The position numbers and the translations under genes are program-made. Of a stretch of DNA of 64,000 nucleotides, positions 20,501 through 30,715 are shown in pieces. The stretch is taken from assembly GCA_963703225.1 (NCBI GenBank), contig OY969801.1:2816001-2880000 (forward strand). The letters run 5' to 3'. The notes below the pieces were generated by a model that saw only the letters and a program-made list of their open reading frames with translations, made no database searches and was not told the DNA's origin. Numbering within the stretch: position 1 is the stretch's first letter; the number at the start of each line of letters is the position of its first letter. Source of the DNA: Candidatus Eiseniibacteriota bacterium. GTDB taxonomy: Bacteria > Eisenbacteria > RBG-16-71-46 > SZUA-252.

Positions 20501-22090
20501 CTACCTCACATAGACAGGCGCCGTCGGCGCGGCATCCTCGTCGGGCCGAAGACGCTCAAAGAGCACCATCGTATTCCGCGCTGCGATCGTGTTCTGCCGA
20601 AGGGCGATGCGGACCACAGGCGTGTACTTGTATAGTGAATCCGAGCTGTAGAAGTTGGGAAATCCTGTCTTGGGATCGAATACGACATATTTGGCAAACC
20701 AATCGGGAAATACGGCCATGAGCTTCGGCCTGTAGATCCTCAAGTTCTCCGGCAAGTCTCGCTTGGGCGACACCAGGCCGACCAAATCGACAACGTAGCA
20801 GCCGCTGAAGTAGCCCATCGCCCCCACGTCATTGACCGCCACCGTGTCCCCCGGGCTCACCCCCATCCGCATCCTCTCTGCCATGAACACCTGCAGTTCA
20901 TTGATGTTCTGAACGTTCCACCCATGTTGTATGGCCTTCTTGCGAATCGTGTAGAGCTGCCACGTGAGGCAAGCGATTCCGAGCGCGATCATCCAGGCGC
21001 TGTAGACCCGCAGGGAACCGCGACGCGCGATGTAGTCGAATCCCATAACCGCGAGTACCAAGCCGAACGGGATGACGTACATGATGTACCGTCCGTGTGC
21101 CCCCGACGAGACGCCGACCAATGCGTGCACAACCGGCGTGGCCAAGGCGTACAGGCCAACGGCCGGAATACGCCTCGCCGCCCTGATGGCTCCCACCGCT
21201 AGTGCCGGGAGAAGAAGGACGCAGTGCTCGCCGATCTGATTCGGCCCAAACGGCAGCCCCCAGAGGCCCGCCCAGTGTCTGATCATGTAGAACATGTGTG
21301 GGAACGGATTGGCTTGGGGGGTCGTCTTGATCCCTACGGAATTGGGGAAAAGATGGCCACCCACAACCTCGTTGAAGAGAAAGAAGCTGCCGATAATGGA
21401 AATCGCCACCAAGCCGGGGCCCACGAATTTCTTTGGCGTGAGCGCGGGCCTGGCGAACAATCCGAGCATGGCCAGATACAAACCGTCTGGACGCAGCCAC
21501 ACACCTAGAGACCACCACGCAACGGCAAGCACCCACCGCTCTTTCGCGTACGCGCGAAGCCCAAGACAGGCCACAAGCAGGTAGACAGGGATCTCCATGC
21601 CTGAGACCGATGCCCACAGGAATGAGGGAGAGATCGCAAGGAGCAGACCCGCCAGTAGTGGTTTCACCGATGACCCGGGGGAGAGATCAGCCACCGTACG
21701 GTAGATCAGGACGCTCGAAGCGCACAGGCAGGCAATACCGAGGGCCTTTGCAGGCCAAATCACATCACGGAAAATCAGATAGAGGGGGGTGAGGATGAAT
21801 ACGTATAGGGGCCCCGTGGCGCCCCCAATCGGCTCGCCAGGGTTGAAAGAGTATCCATGTCCTGTGGCTAGATTGCGGGCAAATGTGGCGTAGATCCAGG
21901 AGTCATCGAGGGAAAAGCCCCACTTCCCGGCGATCTGATGCTCTGCCAGGAGAAAGTACGCGGACCCTAGGAGGGCCGCGAGGCCAACAAGCGCTTGAGG
22001 CAGGACTCGGGACGATGGGCTCCGAGTCTTCTGTCGTGCTTGGCTACGATCCTGAGCAGGGCGGGGCAAGCGGGGGGGGCTGGACATCAA
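20501..22090 (-). CDS. Polytopic membrane glycosyltransferase (GT-C/ArnT-like)
   Basis: LDDSWIYATFARNLATGHGYSFNPGE..GATGPLY, SGMEIP, LRPDG, DVGAMGYFS, many TM segments. Confidence 0.75.
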   Translation of the reverse strand: MMSSPPRLPRPAQDRSQARQKTRSPSSRVLPQALVGLAALLGSAYFLLAEHQIAGKWGFSLDDSWIYATFARNLATGHGYSFNPGEPIGGATGPLYVFILTPLYLIFRDVIWPAKALGIACLCASSVLIYRTVADLSPGSSVKPLLAGLLLAISPSFLWASVSGMEIPVYLLVACLGLRAYAKERWVLAVAWWSLGVWLRPDGLYLAMLGLFARPALTPKKFVGPGLVAISIIGSFFLFNEVVGGHLFPNSVGIKTTPQANPFPHMFYMIRHWAGLWGLPFGPNQIGEHCVLLLPALAVGAIRAARRIPAVGLYALATPVVHALVGVSSGAHGRYIMYVIPFGLVLAVMGFDYIARRGSLRVYSAWMIALGIACLTWQLYTIRKKAIQHGWNVQNINELQVFMAERMRMGVSPGDTVAVNDVGAMGYFSGCYVVDLVGLVSPKRDLPENLRIYRPKLMAVFPDWFAKYVVFDPKTGFPNFYSSDSLYKYTPVVRIALRQNTIAARNTMVLFERLRPDEDAAPTAPVYVR

Positions 22091-22202
22091 GTACTACTAT
22101 CGCGCCTCGCATGGTCGATTCGCAAGTGGGAGCACAAGGAAACCGGGCAGTGCCTTTCGCAAAAGGGTGGCGCTTGCGCTTAGGCGCGGGCCTGTCACCA
22201 GG

Positions 22203-23515
22203 CTAGCGTAGAAGCACCATTCGACGTCGATCGACGAATGAACCGGCCCTAAGCTCGTAAAAATATACGCCGCTGGAGACGGCTGAGCCCTTGGCGTCTC
22301 GAGCGTTCCAGTGGCTGGTGTGGAAACCCGCCGGCATCTGCTTGTCAATAAGGGTCCGAATCAAACGACCCGTGACATTGAATACCCTTAGCGTGACCAA
22401 GGTTGGAGCCGGTAAGCCGAATGCAATGGAGGTCTCCGGGTTGAACGGATTGGGTCGATTCTGAGCAAGCGAGTACGTCGCGGGGGCCGCCGCCGAAGTG
22501 ATTTCTTTTCGGGCCCCGTAGTAGCGTCCATAGGCCAAGAGTACATACTGCGCTCCGGTCGGACTCTTGCTCGCATCGAACACCAACTCGACAAACTCTC
22601 CAGGTGCGAGCGTAGCTCTCAAGCCATCGCGCTCGTGAAGCTCGTTGGCAATCGACATTCCAGTAGAATGCGTGGCCGATAGGCACGGTAGCGACTGGTA
22701 CTCCATATTCCTTACCTCGACGAGTCCGACCCACCCGAGCGTGTGAGGCGTGTGCCAGACAACGCGCACCCTGCGCACGGGTTCATCCCCAAAGGCGCTG
22801 AGTGGAAGGAAGTCAGTACTCCAGAATTCGCGTGGGACTACGGCACCAAGCGTAACCCACCGGTCGCCATCGGCGTCGGGCGAAACACGAACGGTAACCC
22901 CGATAACCCCCCCTGTGATGTCTGCGGACTCATGCGGCTTCGTAATCAATTGGACTCCCACTCCCCCGCCCGAAGTGAGACCCACGTTGGTGCCTTGCTG
23001 GACTTCGAACTCCACGCTATCTCCGTGTGCCCCCTGATACGCGCTCATTGCCGCAACCGGCGACGCAAATGGCGGCTGCTTGCCGCTCCAAGTATTGACT
23101 CGAATAGTTGACTCGACGGGTCGCAGAAGCACCGGATTCCCAGACGGGTCGGTCGCGATCTTGAATCCCTCGGGGACTCTTGCGCTCACCAGGCTCAAGT
23201 CATCGATCTCATCTATGTTTTCCTCTAGCTCCGCAACTCTCAACCGCACATGCCCTGAAGCCCGCGGCCGCACGAGGCTTAGAGGATAGGCGTCTCCGAC
23301 AAATGTACCCTCCGTGGACGTTTCGCTTCGCCCCAGAAGCGAGTTCTCTACCTTGAATCCATCGTCCGTCTCGCTAAGGACGAATGGGCAGCCTCCGCCC
23401 CCACCTCCTCCACCCGAGCCGCTCCACGGAGTGAATGCGACGATGGCAAGGTCCGACAACCCTGGATCGGATCCATCCAGAATTACTCCGGCGATCTGGC
23501 TTGATGTGTAGCGGG
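22203..23515 (-). pseudogene. 5'-truncated secreted protein with FlgD CTD
   Basis: GGGGGGCPF motif and QNRPNPFNPET CTD. The 5' end is cut by the second 640-bp repeat copy. Confidence 0.7.
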
Positions 23516-24155
23516 ACCGTCGACAGTGACTGAGTGAGGCCGGCCCAGTTTGACGCAGTCAACCCCGATTGTCCCGTCGGTGGCTGAAGGTTCATCTCAA
23601 GGACGTTATGGAGATCGCCGCCCCCATCCTCCGCAGTCAGGACCGGATTCAGATCTCTCTCGATCGCAAATCGGGTCGAAGGATCTCTCGGCGGGTCATA
23701 CCAGGAGGCCTGCGCGTGCTCCGCCAGGGTCGCGGGAACGGGAGTCGCAGGCGCGAGGGTATCTCCCATGTCGTAGAGCGGTGCACTACTCCAGAACCAG
23801 CTAGCGCGGCTGAGCGGGATGGTCCTCAAACTACTCACGCGCAAAGCCTTCGGCGCCAGCACCGCACCCGCGGCCGTCGGGGCCGATAGCGCGAATTCAA
23901 CTATCGCAATACAGATCAAGCAGAGTCGGGAAAGCTCTCCCGCTAGAACCACGTTCAGCGGTCACCTCGGGTCGGGATGTCGCACGCCACCCTGGCTAGA
24001 CGAACGTGTCGGCCTCGACTTCCCGGGAACACGGCAACCAACGCTACCACGGGGGCTCCAGAGCGCCGCCCACGCCATCTCGAAGGGTCGAACCCCACTC
24101 GAGGGCGCGAAGGTCCCACTTTGCAAGGTCGTCGCTCTCGGAATCGGGATATCCT
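23516..24155. repeat. 640-bp direct repeat, copy 2 (upstream region plus 5' third of the SprA-like gene)
   Basis: Matches 19539-20178. Confidence 0.9.
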
Positions 24156-24354
24156 CGATTGCGCCTGAATCTCGGCGAGCAATCGCTCCAGGCGCTCTTC
24201 GTGGTGGGATGGGGCACCCCCAAACGGGCTAGGACCGCGTGATGGCTCGCAGCTTCGCTTGGGTGACTGCCATGAGTGGCGACACCGGCCGCACGCGCTA
24301 ACCCACCCGTTTGGCACTGTCTGGAGCTCGATGTTGGTGCCGCAAAATTGGCAC

Positions 24355-24386
24355 TTGCATCCGGAACCGGTTCCATACCCTACGAT
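24355..24386 (+). promoter_or_regulatory. MerR-type promoter/operator
   Basis: -35 ttgcat, 20-bp spacer containing the palindrome ggaaccggttcc, -10 tacgat. Lies directly upstream of a MerR gene. Confidence 0.65.
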
Positions 24387-24411
24387 CTTCTGCGTCTGGA
24401 GGAACTAACCA

Positions 24412-24918
24412 ATGCAACGAAACGAATCGGCCGTCCGACCCGCTGATCTAGCGAACAAGGCCGGGGTCAGCACCGACACGCTGCGCTATTACGAGCGGCT
24501 CGGTCTGATCGGGGCTCCGGATCGCACACCGCATGGGCACCGCCGTTACCCCAGCACGGCCTTGCAACGGGTCCTGGTGATTCGGAGGGCGTTGTCCGTT
24601 GGCTTCACTCTCGAGGAGTTGGCACGTGTCTTCCGTGCACGTGACGCCGGCCGAGCGCCCTGCCGGGAAGTTCGCGCCATGACGGCAGCGCGGCACGATG
24701 AAATCGGGTCGCGGATCGCCATGCTTCAGCGGCTTCGCCGAGAGATCTCACGACTGCTGCGGGATTGGGATCGCCGCTTGGCGCGGACTCCTTCTCGGCA
24801 TCCCGCACATCTGCTGGAGAACCTGACCACGGAGTTCAACCCGAAAGCCGGCGACGGCGGATGCTTCGCTCCTCTGGGCAAGCGTTCGATTCAGCCACCA
24901 CCAAGGAGCAAGAGATGA
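24412..24918 (+). CDS. MerR family (heavy-metal-responsive type) transcriptional regulator
   Basis: LANKAGVSTDTLRYYERLGLI, GHRRY, GFTLEEL, APCREVR. Confidence 0.9.
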   Translation: MQRNESAVRPADLANKAGVSTDTLRYYERLGLIGAPDRTPHGHRRYPSTALQRVLVIRRALSVGFTLEELARVFRARDAGRAPCREVRAMTAARHDEIGSRIAMLQRLRREISRLLRDWDRRLARTPSRHPAHLLENLTTEFNPKAGDGGCFAPLGKRSIQPPPRSKR

Positions 24919-26018
24919 ATTCTGCACGCGCCACGATTGGCATTCGTTCACGCCTCGCCCGAGCGGTGAGCGTCGCGATCCTCGCGTCGATCCCTCTGGC
25001 AGCGCTCGCGGCGCCGGTGGCGTTGAAGGCGCCGGACGTCGAATCGGTCGGCGCGCTCATGGACATCATCCACGGCGGCCAGCGCCAAGCCCGCGTCGCG
25101 CTGACCAAGGCCATCGAGCGTCCTCATGCGTTCGCCTTGGGCGCTCTCGCAGGATTGGATGGAGAGTTTGCGATCGTGGACGGAGCGGTCTGGGTGACGC
25201 GTCCGTCGGAGGATGGGACGCTGAGCACGACGAACCGAGCGGCGGCCAGCGATTCCGCCACGCTGATGGTGCTCTCCTATGTGCCGCAATGGCATGAGTT
25301 TCCGGTTTTGCGAGACCTATCCGCTGCAGATCTTGCCACGCTCCTCGCCTCTCTCGGAGCGAAGTCAGGGTTGCCGAGCGGTGGCCCGTTTCCATTCACG
25401 ATCGACGGACCGATTCATCACGTGAGATGGCACGTAGTGGACGGCCGCCAGCTTCCTCCGGGGCCATCGACTCACGAAGCTCATCAGGCGGCATCGGTGC
25501 GTGGTCAAGACCAGGATGTGCGTGGGACCTTGGTTGGCTTCTATTCCGAGCACCATCAGGGGGTTTTCACGCACCGCGGCTCGAATCTTCATATTCATGC
25601 GGTCCTGACCTCGAAGAACATCGCGGTGCACGTAGACTCCGTGGTAATCGGCCGTGGAGCGATCCTACGGCTTCCGGTCGTCGAGAAGGGCAGGGCCAGC
25701 AACCTGCAGACCCCCATGCCGGCCAAGGTCGAGCAAGCGACCGGTGGCGGAGCACAGGCACGCTACCAAATCACAGCGGACGAGTCCGGCTTTCACCCCG
25801 ATCGCGTTGCGGTGCCTGCGAACACGCGGGTTACACTTGTGGTCACGCGCACCACGGACAAGACCTGTGCCACCGAAGTCGTCATCCCGTCCCTGCATGT
25901 GAACAAGAAACTGCCGCTCAATATGGCCGTCGAGGTGACCATCCCGCCGTCCAAGAAGGGCGAGATTGGGTTCGCATGCGGAATGGACATGTGGAAGGGA
26001 GTCATCGCCGTGGAATAG
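24915..26018 (+). CDS. Secreted acetolactate-decarboxylase-fold protein fused to a cupredoxin-like domain
   Basis: Signal peptide, ALGALAGLDGEFAIVDG, GFYS..HQGVFTH...HIH, C-terminal GFHP...TCATEVVIP...FACGMDM. Confidence 0.7.
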   Translation: MNSARATIGIRSRLARAVSVAILASIPLAALAAPVALKAPDVESVGALMDIIHGGQRQARVALTKAIERPHAFALGALAGLDGEFAIVDGAVWVTRPSEDGTLSTTNRAAASDSATLMVLSYVPQWHEFPVLRDLSAADLATLLASLGAKSGLPSGGPFPFTIDGPIHHVRWHVVDGRQLPPGPSTHEAHQAASVRGQDQDVRGTLVGFYSEHHQGVFTHRGSNLHIHAVLTSKNIAVHVDSVVIGRGAILRLPVVEKGRASNLQTPMPAKVEQATGGGAQARYQITADESGFHPDRVAVPANTRVTLVVTRTTDKTCATEVVIPSLHVNKKLPLNMAVEVTIPPSKKGEIGFACGMDMWKGVIAVE

Positions 26019-26051
26019 GCGCCCCGCCACACGCGAGCGAACATGGAGCCA

Positions 26052-26644
26052 TTGTTCCTCCGAGTCCCCGATCCCCCGAAGGCGCTCTCAGCCGAGGAGC
26101 AGGCACGCCTTCTCGAGGTGGTCGCGCAGCAAGGCAGCCGCCGGGATCTGGCACTCCTGACGCTCGCCATCGGCACGGGCCTTCGCCTCCGTGAGCCGTG
26201 GGCCTCAACGTGGGCGACGTGACGACGAGGTCGGACGAGGTGGCTTGGAAGGTTCTCCTGCCGAAGAAGATCACGAAGGGGCAACGCGGGGGCGTGGCGT
26301 TCCTGTCCCAGCGGGCCCGATCGGCGCTGAGGGACTACCTGGCTGCGAAGCGGATCATCGGCGAATCGATGGCTCGCGACGCCGCCCTCTTCAAGTCGAG
26401 CATGTCACGGCGCCTTGCGCTCCGCAGCGTCCAGCGCATCTTCGTACACTGGCAACGGCTGGCAGGCTTCGAGGCCATTTACAACTTCCACACCCTACGG
26501 CACACCGCGATCACGAACGTCTACCGAGCCACGAAGGACCTCTTCCTCACCCAGCGCTTCGCGCGGCACGCCAACCCGATCACGACGGTCGCGTATACTC
26601 ACCCGAGCGATGAGGAGCTCTACTCAAAGATCGGCCAAATCTAG
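26052..26644 (+). pseudogene. Short tyrosine recombinase, copy 2 (1-bp deletion near 26197)
   Basis: gtgagccgtg versus gtgagctcgtg in copy 3. Otherwise full length with HTLRH and AYTHP. Preceded by a 22-bp leader remnant at 26027-26048. Confidence 0.8.
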
Positions 26645-26844
26645 CTCTCGCGAGCACATCGTCTTTGTAGCCACTTCCATGGCTAGCATTCTCGGCTACT
26701 GTTTCCGCGAGTGGGCTACGCGAGCCCGCAGGTTCCCGCACTTTGCGCTCTCCGCCGCACTATTGGTCGCGTCGTTGACTAGTACGGCGGCCGCGTATAC
26801 GTGCGGCCCCGTGAAGGCTGCTTTGAACGCCTTCCGTGGTGAGG

Positions 26845-27130
26845 GATGGGATCTGCATCCAATAGCTGAACCAGCTCCGGAGGGACCGCGCACAGTGCGA
26901 CATCCGTCAAGGCGCCTTCCTTCAGGCGCGCGAGCTCCGCGAGAACATGCTCGACGGAATCACGAATGAGAGTCTCTCGGTTGCCCGTCCTCGCCAGCTT
27001 CTGAAAGGCTGCCGCTGCGATGCCGCGCTCGAGAGCTGAGTCGATGACGAGCGTGGAACGGAATCCTGTGTCCGAGGCGAAGCCGGGGAACTTCGGGAAG
27101 AGATTAGGCTGACGGCTTGCCTTTGCGGGA
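26845..27130 (-). pseudogene. Internal fragment of a short prokaryotic Argonaute (MID-domain region)
   Basis: AKASRQPNLFPKFPGF...FRSTLV...DVALCAVPPEL resembles the PxFPGF...DVxxxxVPxE segment of short pAgos. No N-terminus or PIWI domain. Confidence 0.55.
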
Positions 27131-27338
27131 TCGCGCATATGAGGCGACGCATGAGACGTTCCCGAGACGCCAGCACTGCAATCCTACACAGAGTATAATC
27201 TACCGAATCGGGGCGGTCCCATGTGTCCCGACAAGGGCGCAGAAGCGTGAGGGCCGCGACGAGTTTAGGCATGTAGGGGACGGCACACTGATCTATTGAT
27301 GGTCTTAGAATGCCCGAAAATGGGAAGGACGTGCGGAT

Positions 27339-27839
27339 ATGCCGAGACTTACTCTGGAAGAGCGAGCTGACCTCGAACTCTTACGCGGGTTGCTCCGAGC
27401 GATCGGTGCTTTCCTTCGATGGCTAATCGGTGATTCCGGTTTTGTGCCAGACGACGTCCGACGCGATTTTCTCGAAGTACATCCAACCGTCGAACGTCGC
27501 CTCAGCTCGGTTGTTGAGGAACTGGGAAGAATCGACGACACAGAAAATCGGTATTGGATCCAACTCGACGAGGGCGGGCTGGTAGGTCCTCCCCTGAGGT
27601 TGAAGGCCACGATCTGGCGGAGAACCGCTGCAGCCGTCTCATCGCCGCCTTCTCCGGCTATGGGATTCTTTGGACGGGCCCTGCAACCGATCTTGAAGCT
27701 CCTTAACAGCATCCTCGGAAGCCTATCCGCAGTATTTCCCGCGATCGGGCTGGTCACGGAGTATAAAGACGGAGCCGAGGTTGTCATCGAGGAACAGCAA
27801 CGGGGTAACCCTCCGCCAGGGAGAATCTTCGACTTATGA
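27339..27839 (+). CDS. Hypothetical protein (cargo)
   Basis: 166-aa ORF with ATG start that fills the gap before a recombinase orphan end. Confidence 0.6.
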   Translation: MPRLTLEERADLELLRGLLRAIGAFLRWLIGDSGFVPDDVRRDFLEVHPTVERRLSSVVEELGRIDDTENRYWIQLDEGGLVGPPLRLKATIWRRTAAAVSSPPSPAMGFFGRALQPILKLLNSILGSLSAVFPAIGLVTEYKDGAEVVIEEQQRGNPPPGRIFDL

Positions 27840-27860
27840 TGATGTTGCTTAACGCCTCAA

Positions 27861-28042
27861 CGGGCTTCGAGGCGATCTACAACTTCCACACGTTGCGGCA
27901 CACCGCGATCACGAACGTCTACCGGGCCACGAAGGATCTATTCCTCACTCAGCGCTTTGCCCGGCACGCCAACCCGATCACGACCGTCGCCTATACCCAT
28001 CCGAGTGACGAGGAGCTCTATTCGGCGATCGCGGGGATCTGA
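27861..28042 (+). repeat. Orphan recombinase 3' end (182 bp)
   Basis: [59 protein letters not shown]. Confidence 0.9.
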
Positions 28043-28075
28043 GTGCCCTACGCGCCGGCAAGCGAATCAGGCCGT

Positions 28076-28639
28076 CTATTCGAATCGGACCGTCCTGAAT
28101 ATCCGCAAGAGTTGATCAAGCCCCCTTCGATCTCGTGCCCAGCCGAATATGGTCAAATGAACTCCTGGCGTGATGTCTCGCCAAGCAGCGCCCGCACCGT
28201 ATCTGACATCCCCCAGGCTATCCCCATATGCACCCAGCGGCCAAATCGTGATCACGCGAGCCTCTCGACCACCAATTCTCTCTGCGCAGGACGTCACACC
28301 GTCGTCATTCCTTGTAAGGGGATCGGAATACCGGCCCCAATCGAAGCTCAGCGACACGCTGGAGTCGGCCGATTGAAACTCGCGCACCCAGGAGTCAATG
28401 CCCTGGACCTTCACCTCTCGAAAGTCGGGTGGGATGCTGAACGTGAATCGCCTCTGCTCGACTGGTAACCAGGACTTCACGTCCAGCTTCGGCATTGGAC
28501 ATGGCGCAATCGTGCGGCTTTCGTCTCTGCCATCAGGGGATCTGCCCTGCGCATCCACGGTAGCGGGCATCAGGAGGAGGAGGAGAGCCAAGGGAAGGTG
28601 TGGTCTGGTCTGCTTGGCCGAGGCCTCAAATCTGTTCAT
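28076..28639 (-). CDS. Secreted hypothetical protein (cargo)
   Basis: Signal-peptide-like LPLALLLLLMPATVDA. Confidence 0.6.
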   Translation of the reverse strand: MNRFEASAKQTRPHLPLALLLLLMPATVDAQGRSPDGRDESRTIAPCPMPKLDVKSWLPVEQRRFTFSIPPDFREVKVQGIDSWVREFQSADSSVSLSFDWGRYSDPLTRNDDGVTSCAERIGGREARVITIWPLGAYGDSLGDVRYGAGAAWRDITPGVHLTIFGWARDRRGLDQLLRIFRTVRFE

Positions 28640-28845
28640 TGGCTCTCGGGAATGCCTCGGCTCCCAGCCCGAGCTCTCTTGTGACGGGGTCGAAGGCAAA
28701 GATCGAGGGAACGGACGTGAGGCACGCGACGGGAATTCTGCCCCGGGCGGTATGCAGTTCCATGCGAGCCCTTATTACCGTTTGGGAATCGGCGAGGTTG
28801 TCGGGGGGATTGCATCAAGGCTAGCACTTCCCCATGGATTCGTCG

Positions 28846-28941
28846 ACCCAACGCTTCGCACGGCACGCCAACCCGATCACGACGGTCGCCTACACCCATC
28901 CCAGTGACGAGGAGCTGTACACGGGGATCGCAGCGATCTAG
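28846..28941 (+). repeat. Orphan recombinase 3' end (96 bp)
   Basis: [31 protein letters not shown]. Confidence 0.9.
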
Positions 28942-29089
28942 GCAGGTCAATCCTTTGGTGCAGCCAATGCTCGGCAAGGTGTGCAAGCGATTCACTTGGC
29001 CCCTGGTTCCGCGGCGGGAGTATGATACCGAGGCAGCACGCGACACTCACCCCCATCGAACCCGCCGGCGCGACTCGAGAAAGGCCGTG

Positions 29090-30514
29090 ATGCGCAGCTG
29101 CTCCTCCCTGGCTTCGACGCTGCTGGCGATCATCGCCGCTCTTGCCCAGGCGCCTTGTGTAGAAGCCGCCTCGGCTCTACCCTCGCTGGCTCTCATCCCC
29201 TCACGCCTGATAACAGACAGCGGCCGCTCGTTGGCCGAGGTCCTGGGGCTCGATCGCGATGCACTCTACCTCTTCGACTCGGATCGCCCGGCGGGGCGAA
29301 AGATCCTGGATGCCGGGAACACCCTGCTTGAATGGGCCGACCTCTCACCCGATTGCGGACTGATCGCATACAAGCTCACATACCCGGACCCCGCGAAGAT
29401 CGCCGTCGTGCCTCAGAGTCAGAAGTCTGGTGTAGCGATCATTGATAGTGGCGGCGTCGAACGCGGCCGGATAATGGGTGGCGGCTCGTCATCATGGAGT
29501 CCGTCGGGAGACCGATTGGCCGTCCTTATCCCGCCGCGCCGTGACCCTTGGGCCCCCGACAGTCTCATCATCTGGAAACGCAGCACTGGCGAGATGGCCG
29601 GCTACGTGGTGCAAGGTGCCGCCACCGCTGGGGATCCGCAGCAGGCACTGGCATGGCTATCCCCCGACACGCTTCTACTCGGGACTCACATGTTCGTACC
29701 GAGCAGCGGTCAGTACGTATCCAGCGGTCATTGCGGGGCTATGGTTTCTCCCGATCGCGAGTACTCGCTGAGCGGCTCTCACCGCGATCTCGGAGTGTGG
29801 GGGGACCTGAGCGGATTCGATGCCACTGCGTGTGTGGTCCAAGTCTGCGGGGCAATTCGCCTGCGAAGTGTCGGAAAGGGGCTATGGCTTCCGTGGGGCG
29901 CGTCGGGGCACGTACTTGCGCTCGAGACCCAGGAGGAGGGTCCCGGCGACGGTGATCCTAGCCGCCCCGCAAGCATTACCTCGTTCATCGACGTTGGGAC
30001 TCCGGAGCTGCTTGCCGTGGTCTCGGGCCAGCCGGTTGGAATGAGTTCAGATGGCACACGGCTGGTGTTGCTTCGGGACGACGGCTTGCACTTCGATCGT
30101 CCAGGGCTGAATGGAAAGGTACCGGCATCCAGGCTCCACTGTGGGACCGGCGTCGGGAGCCACTCCTCCAGGGTCCGCATCGAAATGATCTCGATCGGGT
30201 GGGGGAAGTTCGGCAGCACTGATACGCTCGGAGTGAAGACGGTCTCCGTCGCGCCAGGAGCTCATATCGCGGCTGACGCGCCCCAATATATGCACCCAAG
30301 CTCCGACTCGACGGCATTTCGCGTGCTGGGGGTAAGGTCGAACGGCTCGGTTCTCATGGAGTCCAAATCGGGTCTCGTGCCCGCAGCAGGGTGGTTCCGC
30401 CGCGGGTACCGACATCGTTTCATTGTGACAACGTCCCCCATCTCGGTTGGGACGGCTAGCCAGGATGGTGGTGCGCTCTTCAAGCTGCGTGTGGTAACTG
30501 ACTCCAGAAGGTGA
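29090..30514 (+). CDS. Secreted beta-propeller-like hypothetical protein (cargo)
   Basis: Signal peptide and LSPDCGLIAY, WSPSGDRLAV, VSPDREY, SSDGTRLV motifs. Confidence 0.6.
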   Translation: MRSCSSLASTLLAIIAALAQAPCVEAASALPSLALIPSRLITDSGRSLAEVLGLDRDALYLFDSDRPAGRKILDAGNTLLEWADLSPDCGLIAYKLTYPDPAKIAVVPQSQKSGVAIIDSGGVERGRIMGGGSSSWSPSGDRLAVLIPPRRDPWAPDSLIIWKRSTGEMAGYVVQGAATAGDPQQALAWLSPDTLLLGTHMFVPSSGQYVSSGHCGAMVSPDREYSLSGSHRDLGVWGDLSGFDATACVVQVCGAIRLRSVGKGLWLPWGASGHVLALETQEEGPGDGDPSRPASITSFIDVGTPELLAVVSGQPVGMSSDGTRLVLLRDDGLHFDRPGLNGKVPASRLHCGTGVGSHSSRVRIEMISIGWGKFGSTDTLGVKTVSVAPGAHIAADAPQYMHPSSDSTAFRVLGVRSNGSVLMESKSGLVPAAGWFRRGYRHRFIVTTSPISVGTASQDGGALFKLRVVTDSRR

Positions 30515-30520
30515 CGAGCT

Positions 30521-30646
30521 GTCTACCGGGCAACCAAGGACCTCTTCCTCACCCAGCGGTTCGCCCGCCATGCCAACCCGATTACAACAGTTGCCTACAC
30601 CCATCCGAGCGACGAGGAGCTGTACGCGAGAATCGGCGGGATCTGA
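30521..30646 (+). repeat. Orphan recombinase 3' end (126 bp)
   Basis: [41 protein letters not shown]. Confidence 0.9.
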
Positions 30647-30715
30647 TGCGCCGAAGTGTGCCCTAGCGTCAGGGAAGGCATGGCCTAGGGCCGTGCAGTA
30701 TGCCATTATGTCAGC

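Noticed and set aside
19539..24155. Repeat pairs as a diversity-generating retroelement (TR/VR)
   Set aside because: No reverse transcriptase is present. This pair appears identical, and differences among recombinase tails are not adenine-specific.
26190..26200. Programmed frameshift in recombinase copy 2
   Set aside because: There is no slippery sequence. A simple 1-bp deletion or sequencing error is more likely, and similar indels occur near 18955, 32363 and 44855.
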